Position numbers and translations under genes: made by a program | Source of the DNA: Escherichia phage vB_EcoM_FJ1 | Sequence record: MZ170040.1 | DNA length: 64,000 bases | Strand: one strand, 5' to 3' | Notes under the pieces: generated by a model | Database searches by the model: none | What the model was told of the DNA's origin: nothing | Seen by the model: the letters and a program-made list of their open reading frames with translations, nothing else | Shown: positions 17,849-27,101 of the stretch, in pieces | Position numbering within the stretch: the first letter of the stretch is position 1 | How the letters are laid out: each line of letters starts with the position of its first letter

Positions 17849-18142
17849 TTAGCAATATTTTTTTTCTTGTGCTGCTTTAGGGTCAGCCTTAGGAGCAGGT
17901 TTACCTGAAGCCTTTGCAAAAGCAGCTCCAGTAGCAACTAAACTTTTCCAGGCCATACTAACTGCATTTCCCGTAAATCCTTCCGCTTTCATGTCGCGTG
18001 CGAACTGGAATCGCGATTCATCGGAAGCATCTTTATAGGAATATTTACCCGCGGCAATGGCTGCTTTTGCGACAGCTTGAATTTCGGTGCTAGATGCTTC
18101 ATTTAACACCGCTTCATTTAAAAATTGAGCATATGATTTCAT
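17849..18142 (-). CDS. internal-protein-like (capsid-targeted) protein
   Basis: 97 aa; N-terminus MKSYAQFLNEA resembles IP capsid-targeting sequence; Ala/Lys-rich; minus-strand TATAAATA box upstream. Confidence 0.65.
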   Translation of the reverse strand: MKSYAQFLNEAVLNEASSTEIQAVAKAAIAAGKYSYKDASDESRFQFARDMKAEGFTGNAVSMAWKSLVATGAAFAKASGKPAPKADPKAAQEKKYC

Positions 18143-18178
18143 CTTATTTCCTGTTTTAATTCGTGGTTTTAATATACT

Positions 18179-18186
18179 TATTTATA
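18179..18186 (-). promoter_or_regulatory. T4 late promoter box upstream of IP-like gene 17849..18142
   Basis: Exact TATAAATA on minus strand ~36 nt upstream of ATG; late expression fits a packaged internal protein. Confidence 0.5.
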
Positions 18187-18187
18187 C

Positions 18188-18216
18188 TAAAAAGCCCCAA
18201 CCTTTCGGTCGGGGCT
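18188..18216 (-). terminator. rho-independent terminator after RNA C/D-like region
   Basis: Hairpin AGCCCCAACC-TTTC-GGTCGGGGCT then U5 on minus strand. Confidence 0.6.
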
Positions 18217-18220
18217 AAGC

Positions 18221-18480
18221 CTTGCGGCAACCTTGTCGGGGTTCCACCTGCTAAGGCAAGTGTTTGTACGAAACGCCGGGACTTGAACCCGGTTATTAAG
18301 TAGTTGACGCTACTCAATATTTTTAAAAGGCCATATCTCGACCATATCCGAACGTTCCGTCAAAAACGCTACTCGGCTTACGGCAAAGATATTTCCTCGA
18401 ATCGATAATTCGGTGCGCCGTTTCTGCTGTGATGTAAGAGGGCATCAATAAACGCAAAGATTATTAACGCAATTCCTTAC
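18221..18480 (-). ncRNA. structured non-coding RNA region (T4 RNA C / RNA D position), tRNA-like T-arm element
   Basis: No ORF; between tRNA-Arg and a terminator; contains CCGGGTTCAAGTCCCGG (T-arm-like) on minus strand; boundaries approximate. Confidence 0.4.
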
Positions 18481-18530
18481 TCAGGGAGCATCAGTCCGAC
18501 GACTTACCGGTAGCGACCCGGTTTCTTGTC

Positions 18531-18607
<77 letters not shown>

Positions 18608-18610
18608 TAG

Positions 18611-19276
18611 TTAAAATTTCATTTTTCGACCTTTAAACCATCCTTCTGGAATTGGGTCAGTTTTCTTAATACGTTTAGAAACTTTTTCATCTAATGAATG
18701 AATCCACATCATACCAAATTGGGAATTCTTTTCACCTTTTTGGTGATTATTTTTAGCATGAATTTCTTTCATTTTATTAATAGTTTCAAGAGTATGATGC
18801 TTATTTAAAAATCGGCTATTATTTAAAAATTTTTCTTTGTATTCAGGAGTTGACCACAAACGGTTAAATACATTTGAACCATTTTTACGATATTTTTCTT
18901 GAAGTAAAATATCATTTTTAAAACGTGACTTAAACGATTTAGCTCCTTTTAAACTAGCGTCTTTCTTCTGATTTAGCATCTCAGGAATATTTATATGATC
19001 CCATCCACCTTCACCGCCAAGTTTTAAATTATACACATCAGGTCTATTTAAAAACTCTTCTGTGACAATATTTTTCTCGGCTTCAAGCATAGATTCTTTA
19101 TCATCAAAATACTCTAATATTTCTTTAGAAAAATTTTCTATGCCATACTTATCTTGGGCTCTTTTTAATAATTTACCAGAACCCATATATCCATCATCTA
19201 AATTTTCGGTAGAATGCACACCAATATAAATTTTATTATTAATTTTATTTGTTATTTTATAAAGATAAAAATGCAT
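18611..19276 (-). CDS. segB: GIY-YIG homing endonuclease SegB
   Basis: 221 aa from ATG (MHFYLYKITN...IYIGVHS...GYMGSG); inside tRNA cluster as in T4; track ORF 5' extension overlaps a tRNA and is rejected. Confidence 0.8.
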   Translation of the reverse strand: MHFYLYKITNKINNKIYIGVHSTENLDDGYMGSGKLLKRAQDKYGIENFSKEILEYFDDKESMLEAEKNIVTEEFLNRPDVYNLKLGGEGGWDHINIPEMLNQKKDASLKGAKSFKSRFKNDILLQEKYRKNGSNVFNRLWSTPEYKEKFLNNSRFLNKHHTLETINKMKEIHAKNNHQKGEKNSQFGMMWIHSLDEKVSKRIKKTDPIPEGWFKGRKMKF

Positions 19277-19322
19277 ATCAGTCCCTAATAAAGAACTGAG
19301 CGTCTCACGACGAGTCATAAAT

Positions 19323-19409
19323 TGGTGGGGAGTGGTGGAGTCGAACCACCCGAGTCGCAATGACAATGGATTTACAGTCCACACCGCTACCTCTACGGGA
19401 TAACTCCCC
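19323..19409 (-). tRNA. class-II tRNA, anticodon GUA (tRNA-Tyr) - not part of the T4 set
   Basis: 87 nt; acceptor GGGGAGT/ACTCCCC, T-arm GGTGGTTCGACTCCACC, long variable arm, anticodon loop CTGTAAA; encoded CCA. Confidence 0.6.
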
Positions 19410-19418
19410 TAATTAATT

Positions 19419-19495
19419 TGGTGACCCAGACCAGATTTGAACTGGTAACCTTTCCCTTATGAGGGGACTGCTGCTAACCATTGAGCTACAGGGCC
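19419..19495 (-). tRNA. tRNA-Ile (anticodon CAU, lysidine-type; alternatively Met)
   Basis: Anticodon loop CTCATAA; T-loop TTCAAAT; encoded CCA; position matches T4 tRNA-Ile. Confidence 0.6.
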
Positions 19496-19496
19496 T

Positions 19497-19572
19497 TGGT
19501 GCTGATTGACGGAATCGAACCGCCGACCTTCTCATTACAAGTGAGTTGCTCTACCTACTGAGCTAAATCAGC
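19497..19572 (-). tRNA. tRNA-Thr (anticodon UGU)
   Basis: Acceptor GCTGATT/AATCAGC; anticodon loop CTTGTAA; T-loop GGTTCGATTCC; encoded CCA. Confidence 0.75.
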
Positions 19573-19574
19573 AA

Positions 19575-19661
19575 CGGAGGCGATAGGATTTGAACCTATG
19601 AGTCGCCGGAGCGACTGCCGGTTTTCAAGACCGGTGCATTAAACCACTCTGCCACGCCTCC
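19575..19661 (-). tRNA. tRNA-Ser (anticodon UGA)
   Basis: Class II; starts GGAGGCGTGGCAGAG; anticodon loop CTTGAAA; CCA not encoded. Confidence 0.75.
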
Positions 19662-19663
19662 AG

Positions 19664-19737
19664 TCTCCGTGGCAGGATTTGAACCTACGACATTCTGCTC
19701 CCAAAGCAGACGCTCTACCAAACTGAGCTACACGGAG
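19664..19737 (-). tRNA. tRNA-Pro (anticodon UGG)
   Basis: Acceptor CTCCGTG/CACGGAG; anticodon loop TTTGGGA; T-loop GGTTCAAATCC; CCA not encoded. Confidence 0.75.
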
Positions 19738-19747
19738 TAAATTAAAT

Positions 19748-19821
<74 letters not shown>

Positions 19822-19826
19822 AAATT

Positions 19827-19913
19827 TGGTGCGAGAAGTGGGACTCGAACCCACATGGAAATCATTCCGCAGCATTTTAAGTGCTGTGCCTTTACCAATT
19901 TGACCATTCTCGC
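19827..19913 (-). tRNA. tRNA-Leu (anticodon UAA)
   Basis: Class II; matches T4 tRNA-Leu as recalled (GCGAGAA...CTTAAAA...GGTTCGAGTCC...CCA). Confidence 0.85.
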
Positions 19914-19914
19914 G

Positions 19915-19987
19915 CTGGGAATAAAGGACTCGAACCTTTGCATCCTGGAATCAAAATCCAGTGCCTTACCAACTTGGCTAATTCCCA
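19915..19987 (-). tRNA. tRNA-Gln (anticodon UUG)
   Basis: Acceptor TGGGAAT/ATTCCCA; anticodon loop TTTTGAT; T-loop GGTTCGAGTCC; CCA not encoded. Confidence 0.75.
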
Positions 19988-20084
19988 ATTATTAACAAAG
20001 GCTCTCTAACAAGAACCCTTGATGATAGAGGGTATTAATCAGTGCGGTATGAGTTAATAATAACAAATAATTCTTAAAGCATAT

Positions 20085-20372
20085 TTACCATTTATGATGA
20101 TACATACTTACGATGCATTCAAGACCCAAAGGATTCTTGAAAATATCATATTCAAGAGGACCTTTTTCCGTTTCAATAAAGAAATCAAAATTTACTGTAT
20201 TAAATTTACGGTCTTCCTTCACTAATTTAACCTGAGAAGATGAACGGTCAATGTAAACCTTTTCAACTTCAAAACATGTTAAAATGCCATAATCATCAAT
20301 CAAGGCTTTAGCCGCGTCTTGATCATATTTATATCCATTTTCAATGGACGATACTTTCGCATAAAGAATCAT
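20085..20372 (-). CDS. hypothetical protein (~95 aa)
   Basis: Trimmed from TTG to ATG; between tRNA cluster and IP-like gene. Confidence 0.5.
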   Translation of the reverse strand: MILYAKVSSIENGYKYDQDAAKALIDDYGILTCFEVEKVYIDRSSSQVKLVKEDRKFNTVNFDFFIETEKGPLEYDIFKNPLGLECIVSMYHHKW

Positions 20373-20374
20373 TA

Positions 20375-20755
20375 TCAACCTTCATCAACAATAGTATGAG
20401 TGTGGGCATTTACAATTTGCCACCAATCAAAGCGATTAGAACCATACATTGGTTTGTTCTCATTTTCTTTGATAATGTCACGGAGTTCATCTTCGGTAGC
20501 GGCTTTCGCGATTAAATCAGCATATCCACCGCGAGGATAATAATTATCACCTGCAAAAAGTAAAAAGTTCGGTTTAATATTATTGAACTCTTCAAGAGTA
20601 ATAACTTTTCCTGTCGGTTGAACAATCTCTACATATTTATATCCTAATTTTTGAGCAGCATCTACTGCTTCAAGCAAAGTATCATGAGCCCATCCAATTT
20701 GACAACCTGGCTTTTCAGATGGATTAGCCTGATAATCCGCGTACACTTTATACAT
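20375..20755 (-). CDS. hypothetical protein (~126 aa)
   Basis: Trimmed to ATG (MYKVYADYQ...) with AAGGTGA SD. Confidence 0.55.
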   Translation of the reverse strand: MYKVYADYQANPSEKPGCQIGWAHDTLLEAVDAAQKLGYKYVEIVQPTGKVITLEEFNNIKPNFLLFAGDNYYPRGGYADLIAKAATEDELRDIIKENENKPMYGSNRFDWWQIVNAHTHTIVDEG

Positions 20756-20756
20756 T

Positions 20757-20942
20757 CTATTCACCTTTAGAAATTTTATCCATAACGATAGCAATTAAAC
20801 CAATTAAAAATGCTACTACAAGTGAAAACACATTTTCTGCTGTAGTCAATAATCCGCATATAAATCCAACAAACATTGAAAAACTAAAAGCAGAAGCAGA
20901 AATTGCAATAGCAACATTTCGAATTAATTCACAACGTTTCAT
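20757..20942 (-). CDS. small hydrophobic (single/double TM) protein
   Basis: 61 aa, mostly hydrophobic; early promoter immediately upstream. Confidence 0.45.
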   Translation of the reverse strand: MKRCELIRNVAIAISASAFSFSMFVGFICGLLTTAENVFSLVVAFLIGLIAIVMDKISKGE

Positions 20943-20970
20943 TTTATTCTCCTCGGTAGTTGATAGGGTA

Positions 20971-21001
20971 ATAGTATCACAACTAAAACCCTATGTAAAC
21001 A
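20971..21001 (-). promoter_or_regulatory. T4-type early promoter
   Basis: GTTTACA and TGATACTAT upstream of 20757..20942; -10 embedded in inverted repeat. Confidence 0.55.
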
Positions 21002-21018
21002 ACTTTGTGAAATATTTA

Positions 21019-21306
21019 TTACAAAAGATTTTTAGCAATAATCTTGAGATGTGCCGCAGAAATGTGTTTAGCTTTAAACAACGCAGTTTCTTCAGCAGGA
21101 GAGATAACGATTGTAGCACCATCCTTTTTAGCAGACCACCCATCACCTAGGTAAACAGTACCTTTGATTTCTTCGCCATCAACCAGACTAATCATTGGTT
21201 TACCTTCTCGTCCTTTATTTGCTTTAATAACTTCAGAAGTAAGAGTAGCCTCGGTAATGGTAGAAACCGGGGTAGTTGTAGAAGTAAATTCTTTAAATGT
21301 TTTCAT
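21019..21306 (-). CDS. internal-protein-like (capsid-targeted) protein, ipI position
   Basis: 95 aa; N-terminus MKTFKEFTS... resembles IP targeting sequence; located between tRNAs and 57B like T4 ipI; early promoter upstream. Confidence 0.6.
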   Translation of the reverse strand: MKTFKEFTSTTTPVSTITEATLTSEVIKANKGREGKPMISLVDGEEIKGTVYLGDGWSAKKDGATIVISPAEETALFKAKHISAAHLKIIAKNLL

Positions 21307-21336
21307 TTTATTTTCCTAATTAATTTTGATGAGGTA

Positions 21337-21367
21337 ATAGTATCACTACCTCATCAACGTGTAAACA
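21337..21367 (-). promoter_or_regulatory. T4-type early promoter upstream of IP-like gene
   Basis: GTTTACA and TGATACTAT; -10 flanked by 9-bp inverted repeat GATGAGGTA/TACCTCATC. Confidence 0.55.
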
Positions 21368-21378
21368 ACTTTGTGAAA

Positions 21379-22075
<697 letters not shown>

Positions 22076-22076
<1 letters not shown>

Positions 22077-22789
22077 TATAGTACCTTTAGTGTATTTTTA
22101 ATTTTAGAAAAAAGTTCTTCAAGAGAACCATCGTTTGTAATTACTAAATCGCCATCACGAATTGGCAATCCAGCTTCTGTAATATGAGTATCATTGGATT
22201 TTTGACCAGGACGAACTACATGAATTACTGTAGCACCCATCGCCCTAGCCGCATCCATTTCATGATCTTGACGAGTATCAGGAACGATATAATAATCATA
22301 ACCTGAGTTAAATTTATCAAGATAATCTAAAGCAAATAATTTTACCCAATACATGCGGTCGAAGTTATTAACAATCAAATCCGTACCTAGGGCTTGCATC
22401 AGACGACGGACTGACCATTGATCTTCAATATTATTTATAACGTCAGCAATCTTGTTAAATGCTACGAAATTAACTGCGTCATCAAAAACAAACACACCCT
22501 TAATTGGGCTTTTACCGTTAAGATAGCAAAATGCTTGTTCCATAATCGTGATTACTTCTGATTTAGTCAGATTTAAATTAGTCTCACGATCATAGTCAAT
22601 TCCTTCAAACTCTTTACGAGTTAAGCAAGGATAGTCAGTGTTTTCTGCAAATACGCCCCATGCATAAGCCAATGCATCCTTAATAGGACCAGCAAGTTGG
22701 TATTTAACTGCAGAATAATTGCTCATGATAAAATCAGCAGTAGTATCTTTTCCACTACGCTTTACACCGCTTAAAAAGATTAGTTTCAT
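22076..22789 (-). CDS. 1: deoxynucleoside monophosphate kinase
   Basis: From ATG (MKLIFLSGVKRSGKDTT P-loop) with AGGAG SD; track start is an upstream TTG. Confidence 0.95.
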
Positions 22790-22838
22790 GTGTTTCTCCT
22801 CAAATTTAATTAAAATTATAACACACAAAACTGAAGCA

Positions 22839-23369
22839 TTAAACTTCTGCTATAATTTTTCCATCTTTTTCTACTTGAAAATAGGTGTAAGGAATCGTTG
22901 CAGTGCATACTAAAGCCGGGTCTGAATCTTCTGTGTAGCTAAATTCTACTTCAGATAGGTCAGAAACCCAAGGCTTATAAAAATTTATTGACATCACGAT
23001 TTCAGTTTTGCTATTATCTAAGATGTAAAGCGTAATGTACTCAGGACCTGTTTTTTGGGCAGTATTTTCACCTGTAAGATAGTTGCTCGTTCCTAGCATC
23101 CATTCATACATTCCTATCCACGACTTAAGTTCTTCATCAACTATAAATCTCACAATGAGTGGATCATACTCAAATGTAACGCCTGGACGTTGTGCTCGGC
23201 CTAGTCCAAACGGCCCAGTCACGGTATCAGTAACAGGTATTCTAATTCCTGGAATAGGAACTGACTGAGCATTTAAAGTAAAAGCAGATGTAGTATTACT
23301 ATGTGGTATTGATACTACAAAGTTAGTTGTATTTGCTTGGTTAAAAATTTGTTGTAGAGCTTGCGACAT
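22839..23369 (-). CDS. 3: gp3 tail tube terminator / tail completion protein
   Basis: 176 aa from ATG (MSQALQQIFNQ...) with GAGGAA SD; T4 order 1-3-2-4. Confidence 0.9.
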   Translation of the reverse strand: MSQALQQIFNQANTTNFVVSIPHSNTTSAFTLNAQSVPIPGIRIPVTDTVTGPFGLGRAQRPGVTFEYDPLIVRFIVDEELKSWIGMYEWMLGTSNYLTGENTAQKTGPEYITLYILDNSKTEIVMSINFYKPWVSDLSEVEFSYTEDSDPALVCTATIPYTYFQVEKDGKIIAEV

Positions 23370-23475
23370 ATATTCCTCATAATGCTTTATAACTGTTGGT
23401 GGTATAATGGGTCTAAATCCCTTCCATTCAATTCCATTTAGAACAAACAACAGAAAAGAATGGAAGATAATAGAA

Positions 23476-24300
23476 TTAGATATTTGACCAGACTTTGTTT
23501 GCAGAGAAACGTTTTCCTTTTGAAACGAACTGCTGAAGTGGCATCAACACAACGTTCGCCCAGTCTTTCGGGGCGATTTCAACAAGGCTACCCATAATAT
23601 TACCAGGTATATATGCCTTAATCATTTGGTCTGCACCCCTAAATCCTTTCACTTGACTCCAATCAATTTTTAATTTCGTTTTATTAGTAATAGTAGGTGT
23701 ATTTGCATATTGCTTTAAAAGCTCTTCTAGAAACTGTTGACGAGCTTTAGGTGGAATATAGTGCAAGTTCAATCCGTACATTAAATTATGCTTACCTAAA
23801 CCAAGGTAAATTATCAAAGGAAATTTATCCCAGTAAGGAAGAGTTTCCTTGTGTTTAGCATCATAAGCAAAAGCATATATTCGTCCCGGCTGCGGGCGAA
23901 CAACTTTATGTCCTTTTACTTGCTTAATAGTTTCAGCAAACCACTTTCTGGTTTTATTATTAATTGCTGCGCCTTCATTACGAATTTTATCACGCAATGT
24001 TTGCCTGAATGAATTTATCATAAGCAGTTGTCTTTCTTGCTTATTGAGTTTATTCATTGGTTTTGATTCAAGCTTTTGAATCTTTTCAGCTGTTTTAATT
24101 CCTGAAGCATATTTTGACATTGCCGAAGTAAACGTAGAGTATTTGATTCCTCTTTCTTCAGCAAATTGCTTTCCTGTCATTCCTTTTGCTTTGGCCTTTT
24201 TGTATTCAAGACCTATCTGAATCCATTTCTTTTCGTTTAATGATTGCTTAACCTTTGGAACTTGGGGAGTGCTTTCATTAATTATTTGAAAAATAGCCAT
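23476..24300 (-). CDS. 2: gp2 DNA end-protector protein
   Basis: 274 aa, same length and position as T4 gp2. Confidence 0.9.
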
Positions 24301-24752
24301 TATGCCCCCTTAAAGCCAAGAGCTCGTAATCCATCTTCTGTTAGAATTCTAAATTTTATTCCACGCTTTTCAGCTAAAGCTTGCGCTGCTTTCCATTTGT
24401 CGGTATTAACGGAATATGTATAAATTTCATTCATAAATCTTTTCTTCGCTGCAGTTGTTAGATGTGCTGGTTTAACTGGTGGTTGTGTTTCTTTTTTAGG
24501 TTTTATTTCAATAAAAAATTCTTGTCCAGAAGAATCTTTCATCCAAATATCCATGAAGTATCTACGTTTTTTCCCTTCTGCATTACAAAAATAAGGAATT
24601 ACTGCTGTTTCACTACCCCATGCAATAATTTCTGGATTTTTATCTAACCATTCAAAAAAGAATTTTTCCCAATTTGATCTATACGTAATTTTTTTAGGGT
24701 CACCTCTATATTTTGATATATTTTTAGGAACCCATTTTCCAGAATATGCCAT
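24300..24752 (-). CDS. 4: gp4 head completion protein
   Basis: 150 aa; AGGAG SD; minus-strand late promoter upstream. Confidence 0.9.
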
Positions 24753-24763
24753 TGGATTCTCCT

Positions 24764-24771
24764 TATAAATA
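24764..24771 (+). promoter_or_regulatory. T4 late promoter box for gene 53
   Basis: TATAAATA ~28 nt upstream of gene 53 ATG. Confidence 0.65.
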
Positions 24772-24778
24772 GATAATA

Positions 24779-24786
24779 TATTTATA
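24779..24786 (-). promoter_or_regulatory. T4 late promoter box for gene 4 (divergent from the gene 53 promoter)
   Basis: TATAAATA on minus strand ~26 nt upstream of gene 4 ATG. Confidence 0.6.
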
Positions 24787-24799
24787 AACAGGAGGGCCC

Positions 24800-25390
24800 A
24801 TGCTCTTTACATTTTTTGATCCGATTGAATATGCGGCCAAAACGGTGAATAAAAACGCGCCGACTATTCCTATGACAGATATTTTTAGAAACTATAAAGA
24901 CTATTTCAAACGTGCTCTTGCGGGATACCGCTTACGTACTTATTATATTAAAGGTTCACCACGCCCGGAAGAATTAGCAAATGCTATATATGGAAATCCG
25001 CAGTTGTATTGGGTTTTATTGATGTGTAATGATAATTATGATCCGTATTATGGATGGATTACTTCGCAAGAAGCTGCTTATCAAGCATCTATACAAAAAT
25101 ACAAAAACGTAGGTGGAGACCAAATAGTATATCATGTGAATGAGAACGGTGAAAAATTTTATAATTTAATATCATACGATGATAATCCATATGTTTGGTA
25201 TGATAAAGGCGATAAAGCTAGAAAATATCCTCAATATGAAGGAGCGCTTGCTGCGGTCGATACGTATGAAGCGGCTGTTCTTGAAAATGAAAAACTTCGT
25301 CAAATAAAAATAATAGCAAAATCAGACATCAATTCATTTATGAACGACCTTATACGTATAATGGAGAAATCTTATGGAAATGATAAGTAA
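24800..25390 (+). CDS. 53: gp53 baseplate wedge protein
   Basis: 196 aa (same as T4); late promoter upstream; first gene of the rightward late block. Confidence 0.92.
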   Translation: MLFTFFDPIEYAAKTVNKNAPTIPMTDIFRNYKDYFKRALAGYRLRTYYIKGSPRPEELANAIYGNPQLYWVLLMCNDNYDPYYGWITSQEAAYQASIQKYKNVGGDQIVYHVNENGEKFYNLISYDDNPYVWYDKGDKARKYPQYEGALAAVDTYEAAVLENEKLRQIKIIAKSDINSFMNDLIRIMEKSYGNDK

Positions 25391-27101
25391 TAACCTTAAT
25401 TGGTTTGTTGGTGTTGTTGAAGATAGAATGGACCCATTAAAATTAGGTCGTGTTCGTGTTCGTGTGGTTGGTTTGCATCCACCTCAAAGAGCACAAGGTG
25501 ATGTAATGGGTATTCCAACTGAAAAATTACCATGGATGTCAGTTATTCAACCTATAACTTCGGCAGCTATGTCTGGAATTGGAGGTTCCGTTACTGGACC
25601 AGTAGAAGGAACTAGAGTTTATGGTCATTTTTTAGACAAATGGAAAACTAACGGAATTGTCCTTGGCACGTATGGTGGAATAGTTCGCGAAAAACCGAAT
25701 AGACTTGAAGGATTTTCTGACCCAACTGGACAGTATCCTAGACGTTTAGGAAATGATACGAACGTATTAAACCAAGGCGGAGAAGTAGGATATGATTCGT
25801 CTTCTAACATTATCCAAGATAGTAACTTAGACACCGCAATAAATCCCGATGATAGACCACTATCAGAGATTCCAACCGATGATAATCCAAATATGTCAAT
25901 GGCTGACATGCTTCGCCGTGATGAAGGATTAAGACTAAAAGTTTATTGGGATACCGAAGGATATCCTACAATTGGTATTGGTCATCTTATCATGAAGCAG
26001 CCAGTTCGTGATATGGCTCAAATTAATAAAGTTTTATCGAAACAAGTTGGTCGTGAAATTACTGGAAACCCAGGTTCTATTACAATGGAAGAAGCGACGA
26101 CTTTATTTGAACGTGATTTAGCTGATATGCAACGCGACATTAAATCGCATTCTAAAGTTGGCCCAGTTTGGCAGGCAGTTAATCGTTCTCGTCAAATGGC
26201 ATTAGAAAATATGGCATTTCAGATGGGTGTTGGCGGTGTAGCTAAATTTAACACAATGTTAACTGCTATGTTAGCCGGAGATTGGGAAAAAGCATATAAA
26301 GCTGGTCGTGATTCATTGTGGTATCAACAAACAAAAGGCCGTGCATCCCGTGTTACCATGATTATTCTTACGGGGAATTTGGAATCATATGGTGTTGAAG
26401 TGAAAACTCCAGCTAGGTCTTTATCGGCAATGGCTGTGACTGTAGCTAAATCTTCTGACCCTGCTGACCCTCCTATTCCAAATGACTCGAGAATTTTATT
26501 CAAAGAACCAGTTTCTTCATATAAAGGCGAATATCCGTATGTTCATACAATGGAAACTGAAAGCGGACATATTCAGGAATTTGATGATACCCCTGGGCAA
26601 GAACGATATAGATTAGTTCATCCAACTGGAACTTATGAAGAAGTATCACCATCAGGAAGAAGAACAAGAAAAACTGTTGATAATTTGTATGATATAACCA
26701 ACGCTGATGGTAATTTTTTGGTAGCCGGCGATAAAAAGACTAACGTCGGTGGATCAGAAATTTATTACAACATGGATAATCGTCTTCACCAAATAGATGG
26801 AAGCAATACAATATTTGTACGTGGCGATGAAACTAAGACGGTTGAAGGTAATGGAACTATCCTAGTTAAAGGTAATGTTACTATTGTAGTTGAAGGCAAT
26901 GCTGACATTACAGTTAAAGGAGATGCTACCACTTTAGTTGAAGGAAATCAAACTAACACAGTAAATGGAAACCTTTCTTGGAAAGTTGCCGGGACAGTTG
27001 ATTGGGACGTTGGTGGTGATTGGACAGAAAAAATGGCATCTATGAGTTCTATTTCATCTGGTCAATACACAATTGATGGATCGAGGATTGACATTGGCTA
27101 A
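25374..27101 (+). CDS. 5: gp5 baseplate hub / tail lysozyme (cell-puncturing device)
   Basis: 575 aa; lysozyme domain DEGLRLKVYWDTEGYPTIGIGH; C-terminal VxGxxxxx beta-helix repeats. Confidence 0.95.
   Translation: MEMISNNLNWFVGVVEDRMDPLKLGRVRVRVVGLHPPQRAQGDVMGIPTEKLPWMSVIQPITSAAMSGIGGSVTGPVEGTRVYGHFLDKWKTNGIVLGTYGGIVREKPNRLEGFSDPTGQYPRRLGNDTNVLNQGGEVGYDSSSNIIQDSNLDTAINPDDRPLSEIPTDDNPNMSMADMLRRDEGLRLKVYWDTEGYPTIGIGHLIMKQPVRDMAQINKVLSKQVGREITGNPGSITMEEATTLFERDLADMQRDIKSHSKVGPVWQAVNRSRQMALENMAFQMGVGGVAKFNTMLTAMLAGDWEKAYKAGRDSLWYQQTKGRASRVTMIILTGNLESYGVEVKTPARSLSAMAVTVAKSSDPADPPIPNDSRILFKEPVSSYKGEYPYVHTMETESGHIQEFDDTPGQERYRLVHPTGTYEEVSPSGRRTRKTVDNLYDITNADGNFLVAGDKKTNVGGSEIYYNMDNRLHQIDGSNTIFVRGDETKTVEGNGTILVKGNVTIVVEGNADITVKGDATTLVEGNQTNTVNGNLSWKVAGTVDWDVGGDWTEKMASMSSISSGQYTIDGSRIDIG

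Noticed and set aside
17668-17937. Track ORF 17668..17937 as a protein-coding gene
   Set aside because: Its start lies inside the IP-like gene in another frame and there is no in-frame ATG after the IP stop. Kept only as a flagged region in findings.
19277-19384. 5' extension of the segB ORF in the track (MWTVNPLSL...)
   Set aside because: It overlaps the tRNA with anticodon GUA. The internal ATG (MHFYLYKITN) gives a 221-aa GIY-YIG protein matching SegB length.
22790-22828. Track ORF starts that use TTG/GTG upstream of the canonical ATG (genes 1, 3, 11, 14, 20, uvsW.1 and several small ORFs)
   Set aside because: Each has an in-frame ATG with a good Shine-Dalgarno sequence that reproduces the known T4 protein length. 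The extensions lack an SD or overlap the upstream gene.
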